IMG/VR virus record: IMGVR_UViG_3300028840_003316
Location: 1 to 39,403 of that record
DNA from: a virus
DNA: 39,403 nucleotides
Strand: one strand, 5' to 3'
Positions 19,146 through 25,988 of this stretch are shown here, in pieces (within the stretch, counting starts at the first letter, position 1; every line of letters starts with the position of its first letter). The notes under the pieces were generated by a model. That model worked only from the letters and a program-made list of their open reading frames with translations, searched no databases and was not told where the DNA came from. A program made the translations under genes and the position numbers.

Positions 19146-19328
19146 CTACACTTCATCTCCTGCATAGTATAGCAACCATTCACGTTCGGTCTGACTCCAC
19201 CAGTAGATTTCTCCCGTTTCTTGATGTTGACCATAGATCTTATGTCCTTCTGATGTAAAGGCGAGGATTGAAGGAACTTCGGTTGCCTTTACCTTCTTTA
19301 CCTTCTCAGTAATTTTTTCTTTGTTCAT
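19146..19328 (-). CDS. Hypothetical protein (60 aa)
   Basis: An ORF with GTATG context. It may be a paralogue of 18462..18704. Confidence 0.55.
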   Translation of the reverse strand: MNKEKITEKVKKVKATEVPSILAFTSEGHKIYGQHQETGEIYWWSQTEREWLLYYAGDEV

Positions 19329-19485
19329 ACTTTTGTATTAGTATCTTAGTGTCTATTCGAGCTATCTCGATTAATTGTCTCCAGCATTTATCTGAGCAGA
19401 ATTTTTTTGATTTAAACCCTATGTGGCTTGAGTAGCTCCTGGGGTTCTTAGGTGTGAAATCACCTCCACAAATATCACACTTCAT
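19306..19485 (-). CDS. Small zinc-ribbon protein (59 aa)
   Basis: MKCDICGGDF...KKFCSDKCWRQ has a CxxC ... CxxxC pattern and TATATG context. It is one residue below the track cutoff. Confidence 0.5.
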   Translation of the reverse strand: MKCDICGGDFTPKNPRSYSSHIGFKSKKFCSDKCWRQLIEIARIDTKILIQKYEQRKNY

Positions 19486-19626
19486 ATATAATTTTTAAGA
19501 AAAAGATGGGCACAGTTTAAGTAGACGTAAGCCCTATTGGTCTTGTGGTTCTCCGTGTCGGAGGGAATTGACGGGGTGACCGAGAACACAGAGAACGGAG
19601 GGATGATCCTACCTTCTTGGTATGGA

Positions 19627-19821
19627 TCAGCAGGGATCTTGTATTTCCTTCATCATTTTGTCGAATGCCTTTTTGCAGCATCCGTGACTTATCGGCAGTT
19701 CGCTAACCTCCCAGTTCGAGCAGGTTTTATCGCAGTCTTCGCAATTCTTCTTTCTCTGATGATCGTTACACCCCAATAGGTGTGGGGTGGTACAGAAAAC
19801 ACAAATCCTTAGTAGAATCAT
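19627..19821 (-). CDS. Cys-rich small protein (64 aa)
   Basis: It has an ATGA stop/start overlap with the upstream ORF and 10 Cys in CxxC-like pairs (ICVFC, CEDCDKTC, GCC). Confidence 0.5.
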   Translation of the reverse strand: MILLRICVFCTTPHLLGCNDHQRKKNCEDCDKTCSNWEVSELPISHGCCKKAFDKMMKEIQDPC

Positions 19822-20000
19822 ACCATCCACTGCCCCGTAGAGAACACCTCGAAGCACTCAGGACAGGTCTTGCTGTCATCGATCTCGACACGACTCTCGT
19901 GGCACTCCTGGGTTTTACACTCCTTACAGGACTTGTAGGTACCGTCCTCGTCGCAGGCTCGTACCTCCTGACAGATGTTACATTGGTAGATGGTTATCAT
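19818..20000 (-). CDS. Cys-rich small protein (60 aa), zinc-ribbon-like
   Basis: CNIC...C, CKEC...C and CPEC motifs are present. Confidence 0.5.
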   Translation of the reverse strand: MITIYQCNICQEVRACDEDGTYKSCKECKTQECHESRVEIDDSKTCPECFEVFSTGQWMV

Positions 20001-20018
20001 CTTGGACTCCTCTCCTCT

Positions 20019-20104
20019 TAGGCCCAGATCAGTACGTGCTTGTCGATAGGGTGGAGGACACCCCTACCGTACTCATCTTGGGCCTAGGAGCAGACGAATC
20101 TGCT
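20019..20104 (-). other. Rod-like nested-helix RNA element plus a UUCG-capped hairpin between two minus-strand genes
   Basis: Nested helices pair 20019-20029 with 20075-20086, 20031-20036 with 20068-20073, and 20048-20053 with 20059-20065. A further hairpin at 20089-20104 has a loop that reads UUCG on the - strand. Confidence 0.45.
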
Positions 20105-20111
20105 CAGTTGT

Positions 20112-20483
20112 TTATTCCTTGTCTTCCTTTTCTGCAATAATTTCATCTGCTTCAGCTTCCATTTCCTTGATCATCGCTTCAAACATCACCTTGTAAAGAA
20201 CCTTGCGGCCTTCTGACGTTAGTTCGAGACAGTTGTCAAGAATTCCAGCCTTAATAAATTTCTTGGTTCTCTTATCGAGGAAGATGTTTTTAATTGGGTT
20301 CATAGAATTTTTAGTTACTTCTTTTCCGTCTTTATATACTTTTAGTCTCCAGTCCCCGTAAGGGGTATAGTCTGAGCTTAATGCAAATGAATCGTGTCCA
20401 TCCATATCTACATAATCAGTTGAACCAATATACAAGCTTCCTGCGAGAGATTCTCCCATCTCCACCATTTCTTCATAAGTCAT
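20112..20483 (-). CDS. Hypothetical protein (123 aa)
   Basis: An ORF with AATATG context that abuts the SPFH gene. Confidence 0.65.
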   Translation of the reverse strand: MTYEEMVEMGESLAGSLYIGSTDYVDMDGHDSFALSSDYTPYGDWRLKVYKDGKEVTKNSMNPIKNIFLDKRTKKFIKAGILDNCLELTSEGRKVLYKVMFEAMIKEMEAEADEIIAEKEDKE

Positions 20484-20484
20484 A

Positions 20485-21288
20485 TTATTGGTTTAAGTTA
20501 AGTAGTACGCCAGTTCCCTCTCCAAACATATATTGAGGCAAGCTTCCGTCCCATTTTTCTACCCATCGTAGATCAATAAGGTCGTTATTATATTGGAGAG
20601 CTTCGGCCTGGATCTTGATTGATTCTGCTTCAGCCTCAGCACTGGCGACTGTTTGTTTAGCTTGTTCCATTACCTGTTTGGTAACGTTTTCTTGTTCTAA
20701 GGCTCGTTGCTGTGCTACCTGCTTTGCTTCAATAGCTGCTTCATATTCGTCACTAAAGGCAAAGTCAACAATCGAGAATTCATCCACTACGAAATAAGTA
20801 TTTAGCCTGGTTTCAAGTTCTACCTTAATTGCATCCTTTACGAGAGGTCGTTGTTCAATAAGTTCTTGTGCCGTGAACTGGGCTGTTGCAGCCTTGACTG
20901 ATTCTTGTACAGCTGGATCAATGAGGCGTGAAACGTAGTCTCCCCCAACTTCTTGCCAGAGTTTATTCACCAGGTCTGGTTTCAGGTGGTAGTTCAGAGC
21001 TAGGTTAGAATCAACTGTCTGGATATCTTTAGAGTAAGCCAACGCGTGCACTTCTAGCTTTTGAGTCTGTACATCAACTTGTTTAATAGATTGTACAATC
21101 GGTGTTCGCCAGTGGATACCTTCTTCTAAGATTGTATCTTGAACTGCACCCAAGTTAATCACCACTCCCCTTTCACCTGGATTGATAATCACGAACGGAT
21201 TAAGGAAAAGGAATAGGATTAATAGAACTGGGAGTAAAATTGCGGCTGCAATAGTTCCCTTTTTGAAACGTGGTGTTTCGTAATGCAT
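20485..21288 (-). CDS. SPFH / band-7 / prohibitin-family membrane protein
   Basis: An N-terminal TM segment is followed by PGERGVVINLGAV...GIHW..P, YSKDIQTV, AQELIEQR, FSDEYEAAIEAKQVAQQ and an Ala/Glu-rich coiled coil. These are typical prohibitin/HflC features. Confidence 0.8.
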   Translation of the reverse strand: MHYETPRFKKGTIAAAILLPVLLILFLFLNPFVIINPGERGVVINLGAVQDTILEEGIHWRTPIVQSIKQVDVQTQKLEVHALAYSKDIQTVDSNLALNYHLKPDLVNKLWQEVGGDYVSRLIDPAVQESVKAATAQFTAQELIEQRPLVKDAIKVELETRLNTYFVVDEFSIVDFAFSDEYEAAIEAKQVAQQRALEQENVTKQVMEQAKQTVASAEAEAESIKIQAEALQYNNDLIDLRWVEKWDGSLPQYMFGEGTGVLLNLNQ

Positions 21289-21309
21289 AGGTGTTATTTC
21301 TTCTTTTTA

Positions 21310-21468
21310 TTATTTAGTACACTCCAGATATCCTTCCATAGCGCATATGCCGCTATTATGATCAGGAGTAGTAGCGCTGCTTCGATTAAAAACCTCATAC
21401 CACACTGCGAAGGTTAATAGGAGGAATAGGAATATAACTCCCAGATGAATTAGTAGATGTTTTCTCAT
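21310..21468 (-). CDS. Small membrane protein (52 aa)
   Basis: MRKHLLIHLGVIFLFLLLTFAVWYEVF... has AATATG context. It fills the gap between the 3D-domain and SPFH genes. Confidence 0.5.
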   Translation of the reverse strand: MRKHLLIHLGVIFLFLLLTFAVWYEVFNRSSATTPDHNSGICAMEGYLECTK

Positions 21469-21469
21469 A

Positions 21470-22126
21470 TTAGTAGATTGTTACGGTTCTTTCTTGTATG
21501 CCGAATTTAATTGCTTCATCGTATGCTTCTTGCCCATACCCCATAAACACATCAAATCGTCCGTCTAGGTATGTTGCGGTACGATCGCCACACTCATACA
21601 ACCCCATTCCAGCGATCTCGACTTTTGTACCAAATTCATATGCCGTAGGACAGGCAATGTATCCAATTTCGGCAGGTATGTTGTTTGCCATTTTACATCC
21701 TGGATAATGGCAGCTGTCGAATTCTGAATAAGCTGTAACAACAGCTTGATAGCTATCACCGATCCCCACACCAGGTTGAGACACAATATGACCCTGTGAC
21801 GTCGTGGGGACGTCACAATATACATTTTGTAGGGTGCAGGGATCAGGGATAGCCCCTGAAGTATCCGAAGCTTCGTTTCTTCCGACGCCAACGGTGTCCC
21901 CGATTAATGAGGCCGTGACCTTGTCAGTGTAAGCGTGAGTTTCAGACGGTGCTTCAGAAGCTGACTCTGTAGGCAATACAAAGAACATTATTGCCGCCAG
22001 AATCAGTAATATTGTAACAAAAATGGCTAATTCTCTCCAGGATTCTTTCTCCTCTGCGTCTATAATTGGGAACGTCTCCCAAAGACGGTCTTCTAGGTTT
22101 ATTTGTTTTTTGTTTTTCCTCCACAT
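21470..22126 (-). CDS. Membrane-anchored 3D-domain (MltA/YabE-type double-psi beta-barrel) putative cell-wall hydrolase
   Basis: An N-terminal TM segment (LAIFVTILLILAAIMFFVL) is present. The C-terminal VTAYSEF...GYIACP...FGTKVEI..MGLYECGDRT...GRFDVFMG...A..FG resembles the 3D domain pattern. Confidence 0.65.
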   Translation of the reverse strand: MWRKNKKQINLEDRLWETFPIIDAEEKESWRELAIFVTILLILAAIMFFVLPTESASEAPSETHAYTDKVTASLIGDTVGVGRNEASDTSGAIPDPCTLQNVYCDVPTTSQGHIVSQPGVGIGDSYQAVVTAYSEFDSCHYPGCKMANNIPAEIGYIACPTAYEFGTKVEIAGMGLYECGDRTATYLDGRFDVFMGYGQEAYDEAIKFGIQERTVTIY

Positions 22127-22136
22127 ATATTATTTT

Positions 22137-22313
22137 TTAATCTTCTTTTTTTATTTTGTTGATATAAGCAATAAGGTCTTCTAAATCAAGGTCGTAGAAA
22201 ATTTGCTCGTAGACTCGTTCTGTATTGTGTGTGTAATAAGTTACTTTATCGTAAGACATAGGTACATCTCTGGTTTTTTCCTCAAACTCTTCTATTTTAA
22301 CTCTGTACTTCAT
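22137..22313 (-). CDS. Hypothetical small protein (58 aa; alternative start at 22259)
   Basis: An ORF below the track cutoff with CATATG context. It overlaps the upstream gene by 17 nt. Confidence 0.4.
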   Translation of the reverse strand: MKYRVKIEEFEEKTRDVPMSYDKVTYYTHNTERVYEQIFYDLDLEDLIAYINKIKKED

Positions 22314-22677
22314 ATGGTTCTAATTTAGTTTTTACCCAATCGATCATTTTATTCATTTTTTCCCGATAGAAATCGTCGAACTCACCAGGTTCTCCTTCGT
22401 TCTTCCAGAGGACGAACAGGACGGAGCGTAGGCGTTCACTGGGCGTCTTCTGACTCTTTTCAGTTCTGATTTCTGGTAAGTCGACGACGTCTTCGGGCTT
22501 GATTTTGTTTTGTACTAGGAATGTGAACCACCCCAACTTGTCGTACTTACCCATAATCTTAGCCCTCATTTCTTCCGAGAGGTTTTCTTGGGTATCGACT
22601 TGCAGTCTTAGGGCTCCCATACCCATAGTCTGAACCTTGGATATGGTTGCTGGAAGTTGTAGTAATTCTTCATTCAT
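22297..22677 (-). CDS. Hypothetical protein (126 aa) of the recombination module
   Basis: An ORF with CTATG context, two genes downstream of erf. Confidence 0.65.
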   Translation of the reverse strand: MNEELLQLPATISKVQTMGMGALRLQVDTQENLSEEMRAKIMGKYDKLGWFTFLVQNKIKPEDVVDLPEIRTEKSQKTPSERLRSVLFVLWKNEGEPGEFDDFYREKMNKMIDWVKTKLEPYEVQS

Positions 22678-22679
22678 AG

Positions 22680-22994
22680 TTAGTCTGTATATTCAGTTTC
22701 TGAGTTTCCGTATTTTTCGAAGAAGTCCAAAGCGGTTTTAAATGCTTCCATATACTTCTTGTTCTTCTTGGTTTTCTTTCGGCGCCCCACAAACACCATT
22801 GCGTGAGTTAATGATTGCTGAGTTTTCTTACACTGAAGATCAGTTTCTGCCATTTCTACATCGTGCTGCTTCTCTGCCCCCAGTCGCATTAATTCTTGAT
22901 CAATGCCAATTTCTTCAGAAAGCATACCCAGCAATTCTTTAATTGGATTTTCCTCTTTTGTCTTTTTGGTCTTCTTTGGTGTTTTCTTCGGCAT
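22680..22994 (-). CDS. Hypothetical Lys-rich protein (104 aa)
   Basis: An ORF with TTATG context. Confidence 0.6.
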   Translation of the reverse strand: MPKKTPKKTKKTKEENPIKELLGMLSEEIGIDQELMRLGAEKQHDVEMAETDLQCKKTQQSLTHAMVFVGRRKKTKKNKKYMEAFKTALDFFEKYGNSETEYTD

Positions 22995-23082
22995 AATCTT
23001 GTGATTCTTTATAATCTTTGTATAGGCAGTAACCTCCGTAGATTACGATTACTGCAATGAATAGTGTTAGTGCGTAAGGCAT
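22939..23082 (-). CDS. Small membrane peptide (47 aa)
   Basis: MPYALTLFIAVIVIYGGYCLYKDYK... has AATATG context directly after the erf stop. It overlaps the next gene by 56 nt. Confidence 0.4.
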   Translation of the reverse strand: MPYALTLFIAVIVIYGGYCLYKDYKESQDYAEENTKEDQKDKRGKSN

Positions 23083-23083
23083 A

Positions 23084-23716
23084 TTAGTCAAATGGTATCT
23101 CCTCCGCTATTTGTTCTAAATCCATCCCTTTTCCGTCGACCTCTTCGACCACAGGCTTGCCGTCTTGTTTTGCTTTCCAGCAATCTAGACATTCTTTAGC
23201 CCACGGTGCTTTCGGGTTGGGGTTGAATTCTTGTTTACAGGTAATACATACTCGGCGTGAATCTGTTGGGTGTAGCTCTTTCTTGGGCGGAGTATTGGAT
23301 GCCATATTTGCATCATCGTCTTCGGCTTGCAGGAACAACATTGACTGTAGTGCGTAGCGTCTAAAGTATGTGATAATACTTCCCATCTTTTGCGGATCTT
23401 CGTTCTGCGGCAAGTAGTGGATAGTGTGGAATGTGCTTGCGGGGGCATCTGGATCAATAATATAGGTTTCCAGCGCTGGCTTGTCTTCAATGAATGTAAT
23501 CGGCTGCATAATTACTAGACGGTGTTTTTCGAGCAGTGGCTTCAACTGGTCAATCATACTGTTGATGTCGGCGTACATACTCTTATAGAAAGGGTTTTCC
23601 TTGTCCTTGGTAATAGCTCCAATATCATTCTGTAGCTCAAACAACTTGAGATATAGGTTCTTTGGTTCAGCCTTAGTGGCTGTCTTTTTGGTGGTTTTTT
23701 TTGGTGTCTCTGGCAT
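23084..23716 (-). CDS. erf: ERF-family single-strand annealing recombinase with a C-terminal zinc ribbon
   Basis: PFYKSMYADINSMIDQLKPLL and GSIITYFRRYALQSMLFL..EDDD are typical Erf motifs. The C-terminal CITC...CLDC is a zinc-ribbon pattern. Confidence 0.8.
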   Translation of the reverse strand: MPETPKKTTKKTATKAEPKNLYLKLFELQNDIGAITKDKENPFYKSMYADINSMIDQLKPLLEKHRLVIMQPITFIEDKPALETYIIDPDAPASTFHTIHYLPQNEDPQKMGSIITYFRRYALQSMLFLQAEDDDANMASNTPPKKELHPTDSRRVCITCKQEFNPNPKAPWAKECLDCWKAKQDGKPVVEEVDGKGMDLEQIAEEIPFD

Positions 23717-23717
23717 A

Positions 23718-23921
23718 TTAGAATGGGATTATTTCTTCACAATCACATCCTTCCTCTTTGTGATCGTGATCGTAATTATCAATAATGTATTGTGCGACTT
23801 GGTCTTCAGCTGTCTTTAGACTTTCCTCGATAATCTCTGGGCTGAATGAAGATCGGTGGTAGATGATCTCACCAGTATCCATATCTTCAGCTGATAGTCG
23901 ATATTCAATGTTATAAGTCAT
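23718..23921 (-). CDS. Small acidic protein (67 aa)
   Basis: An ORF with ATATG context. Confidence 0.6.
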   Translation of the reverse strand: MTYNIEYRLSAEDMDTGEIIYHRSSFSPEIIEESLKTAEDQVAQYIIDNYDHDHKEEGCDCEEIIPF

Positions 23922-24213
23922 ATCCTAGCTCCTTTCTCCATTTAGATTCGTGTAGTCGCCTCTTTTTAATTACTGTTGGGTCTGTAGGTAAATACTTACC
24001 CTCTTCGTTTTGTAGTCGTGCTCGGTGTCGTTTGACGTGGTCTTCTCGTGGTAACTCTTTCAAATCTGACAGTTTAACGTACCACTCGTTATCCACATAC
24101 TTTAGTCTGTCTTGATGATATTCGTACCATACCAGATAGGTGAGGGTCATATCACAGTTTCGTGCTTCTTCATATTGAGCAAGCACTTTCTCAATTTTGT
24201 CTGTTAGCCTCAT
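23911..24213 (-). CDS. Hypothetical protein (100 aa)
   Basis: An ORF with TTATG context. The EEARNCDMTLTYLVW pattern recurs in small phage early proteins of unknown function. Confidence 0.6.
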   Translation of the reverse strand: MRLTDKIEKVLAQYEEARNCDMTLTYLVWYEYHQDRLKYVDNEWYVKLSDLKELPREDHVKRHRARLQNEEGKYLPTDPTVIKKRRLHESKWRKELGYDL

Positions 24214-24433
24214 AAAGGTGTTTCATTTGATGATAAAAAATACTGGCGTTTCCGTTAATTAGATGACCTATTAGGACTGACGCGTCCCAGCTAGACAGAT
24301 TCTTCCTCATCCAATCTTCGGTAAACTCCAGTTTACCATTTAAGTCCTCCAACTCTTTATAATCATCACCGACAGCATTGAAAGCTAGCTCGGCGTAGAT
24401 CTTGTTGATTTGTTTGTCTGTTGCTTGGGTCAT
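24191..24433 (-). CDS. Hypothetical protein (80 aa)
   Basis: An ORF with CTATG context. Confidence 0.6.
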   Translation of the reverse strand: MTQATDKQINKIYAELAFNAVGDDYKELEDLNGKLEFTEDWMRKNLSSWDASVLIGHLINGNASIFYHQMKHLYEANRQN

Positions 24434-24453
24434 AGGTGTCTCTTAGTGTCTGA

Positions 24454-24678
24454 CTACATTGTATCTTGGGTGTCAGTTTTTGTCAAACTTGGATCTGGGG
24501 ATAACTCACGAACCGCTGTATTTACCCAGGTTCTACTCCTTTTAACTACCGCCCCAATCTCCCTAGTTGTTAATCCTTTCTCGTGTAGTTCCAGGGCAAT
24601 CTTTTGTTTGCGACGACGAGCAGACTGTTGATATTGATTCAGCTTTGGCATATTTGGGTATAACTTGTTAGTAACCAT
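24454..24678 (-). CDS. Small helix-turn-helix DNA-binding protein, first gene of the leftward early operon
   Basis: GLTTREIGAVVKRSRTWVNTAVREL is a helix-turn-helix motif. If the promoter below is real, the transcription start lies inside the first codons and Met10 (24651) is the true start. Confidence 0.6.
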   Translation of the reverse strand: MVTNKLYPNMPKLNQYQQSARRRKQKIALELHEKGLTTREIGAVVKRSRTWVNTAVRELSPDPSLTKTDTQDTM

Positions 24679-24707
24679 ATTGTATCTGCTATTGACTTCT
24701 TTGTCAA
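24679..24707 (-). promoter_or_regulatory. Leftward sigma70-type promoter (TTGACA - 17 nt - TACAAT)
   Basis: On the - strand the -35 TTGACA corresponds to + 24702-24707 and the -10 TACAAT to + 24679-24684. The spacer is 17 nt. Confidence 0.6.
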
Positions 24708-24720
24708 GTATAACTATACT
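24692..24720 (+). promoter_or_regulatory. Rightward sigma70-type promoter (TTGACT - 17 nt - TATACT)
   Basis: The -35 is at 24692-24697 and the -10 at 24715-24720. The two divergent -35 boxes form the palindrome TTGAC-n6-GTCAA (24692-24707). Confidence 0.55.
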
Positions 24721-24753
24721 GAAGGGGATGCTTGTGGAAAAGCGAGCCTTTAC

Positions 24754-24768
24754 AAAATGTGTTATAAT
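24754..24768 (+). promoter_or_regulatory. Extended -10 promoter (TGTTATAAT) within a 15-mer repeated at 25968-25982
   Basis: AAAATGTGTTATAAT is identical at both sites. TGnTATAAT is the extended -10 consensus. Confidence 0.55.
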
Positions 24769-24782
24769 GAGCGCGGGAAACA

Positions 24783-24880
24783 GGGGTAGGAGAACTCATT
24801 AAGATGTGGGTCTTCGATCGCAAGATCGACGGTCAGCCTCCTACCCGACCGCCCATAGGCCCCCATCTTAATGAGTTTTT
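24783..24880 (+). promoter_or_regulatory. Structured leader with mutually exclusive helices and a terminator-like stem plus U-run, immediately before the replication gene ATG
   Basis: Helix A pairs 24784-24792 with 24838-24846 (9 bp). Helix B pairs 24794-24810 with 24861-24876 (16 bp, one bulge) and is followed by UUUU at 24877-24880. An internal hairpin at 24814-24829 has a GCAA tetraloop. Confidence 0.55.
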
Positions 24881-24883
24881 ATT

Positions 24884-25651
24884 ATGCAAGGATACATCTA
24901 CCTACATCGTCAAATTACTGACAACGATATGTGGACTTCTGAAAAGTTCACCAGAGCTCAGGCTTGGGTAGACTTATTGTTACTTGCAACCCACAAGAAA
25001 ACAACGCTTTTCATTAGAGGGATTGAAGTCGCTCTAAAACCCGGAGAACTGTGTTGGGCACAGAAGAGTTTGGCCAAAAGATGGAAGTGGAGCGACAAAA
25101 AAGTTAAGGGGTACCTTGACCTGTTGCAGAGGGAGGGTCAAATCGATTATTCTACGACACAGAATATTGGCGTGGTTAAGATAAAAAACTGGGAAAGATA
25201 CCAGAGCACTACGACACAAAGTACGATACAAAGTACGATACAAAAGACGCACAAAGTACGACCTAACAATAATGTTAATAATGATAAGAATGTAAAGAAA
25301 GAATATATTGCAACTTCGTTGCAAGAGGAAGTTTCCAAAATGATTTCAGATAAACAAAAACATATTCAGATAATTGGACTCTACCTGAAAGCCAAATCTC
25401 CTGAGATTTCCAATAAGGCACAGATCCAGTCTTTCATCAAAAGAAACCTGCGAGCTGCTAAGGAGCTTGTGGGGTATGAAACGAAGAAAATAATTAAAGT
25501 CCTCGATTACTTGAGAAACTCCGCTGACTTTAAGTGGACTCTTGAGACGGTCGGGAAATACATTGACGAGGATCTCGATCAAGTCAATCAGAGTGAGGAG
25601 GACGCTAAAACAAAAAGGCAAGACGAGATTGCCAAAAACCTGTATGGATAA
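24884..25651 (+). CDS. Replication initiator / replisome-organiser-like protein (N-terminal winged-helix domain)
   Basis: W..E.F....AWVDLLLLA........IRGIEV.L.PGE......LAKRWKWS..KV..YL..L..EG.I matches a widespread phage and plasmid replication-protein N-domain pattern. The gene contains iterons. Confidence 0.6.
   Translation: MQGYIYLHRQITDNDMWTSEKFTRAQAWVDLLLLATHKKTTLFIRGIEVALKPGELCWAQKSLAKRWKWSDKKVKGYLDLLQREGQIDYSTTQNIGVVKIKNWERYQSTTTQSTIQSTIQKTHKVRPNNNVNNDKNVKKEYIATSLQEEVSKMISDKQKHIQIIGLYLKAKSPEISNKAQIQSFIKRNLRAAKELVGYETKKIIKVLDYLRNSADFKWTLETVGKYIDEDLDQVNQSEEDAKTKRQDEIAKNLYG
25211..25262 (+). repeat. About 4.5 tandem copies of a 12-bp unit ACGAYACAAAGT, followed by an AT-rich tract at 25263-25310; candidate origin iterons
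   Basis: The units read ACGACACAAAGT, ACGATACAAAGT, ACGATACAAAAG, ACGCACAAAGT, ACGAC. They encode TTQSTIQSTIQKTHKV in the linker after the winged-helix domain. Confidence 0.6.
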
Positions 25652-25967
25652 AACAAGCCAAATCTATGACCTTAAGGGTCGGATGATTTCTACTCCAGAC
25701 CACTGGGAGATTCTCTACGAGGCGTGGAGCGGACATTCTGACGAGGAGCTTGAGAAAAGGGGTAAGTCACCAAATGGGGCCATATACACCGAGATGTACG
25801 TGGCAGGGGACTATCCCAAATGGAACAAGTCAGGAGAAAGATCCGAAGGTGACGTTTACGAGGGGGTGTGCAGAGAGTTCACAATCCTAGAAATGCGTCA
25901 CGCCAGACGTGCAAAAGCCCAAGCAATGAACGATGAATCTATGGATAACTTGGTTCAAAATCAATAA
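25644..25967 (+). CDS. Hypothetical protein (107 aa)
   Basis: The ATG at 25644 overlaps the upstream stop (GTATGGATAA). The track start at 25542 would give a 110-nt overlap. Confidence 0.55.
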   Translation: MDKTSQIYDLKGRMISTPDHWEILYEAWSGHSDEELEKRGKSPNGAIYTEMYVAGDYPKWNKSGERSEGDVYEGVCREFTILEMRHARRAKAQAMNDESMDNLVQNQ

Positions 25968-25982
25968 AAAATGTGTTATAAT
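25968..25982 (+). promoter_or_regulatory. Extended -10 promoter (second copy of AAAATGTGTTATAAT), predicting a leaderless or near-leaderless mRNA
   Basis: The -10 ends at 25982 and the ATG at 25989 is 7 nt downstream. The track start at 25971 lies inside the promoter. Confidence 0.5.
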
Positions 25983-25988
25983 ATAACT

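Noticed and set aside
18998-19234. A 78-aa minus-strand ORF overlapping the NinG-like gene and 19146..19328
   Set aside because: It overlaps two better-supported genes, one with strong NinG motifs, in alternative frames. No motif support was found.
19537-20021. Two plus-strand ORFs (19537..19779 and 19782..20021) in the GC-rich part of the early region
   Set aside because: They are antisense to the Cys-rich minus-strand genes and intergenic structures, with hydrophobic, low-complexity translations. They would interrupt a uniformly minus-strand operon.
21565-21891. An alternative-frame ORF nested in the 3D-domain gene. A similar one lies at 23185..23490, nested in erf.
   Set aside because: These are same-strand nested frames inside genes with clear family motifs, with no independent support.
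25971-25988. The track start codon at 25971 for the QueE-like gene (MCYNIT...)
   Set aside because: This ATG lies inside the repeated promoter 15-mer AAAATGTGTTATAAT and would be upstream of the predicted transcription start. The ATG at 25989 has the usual TATG context.
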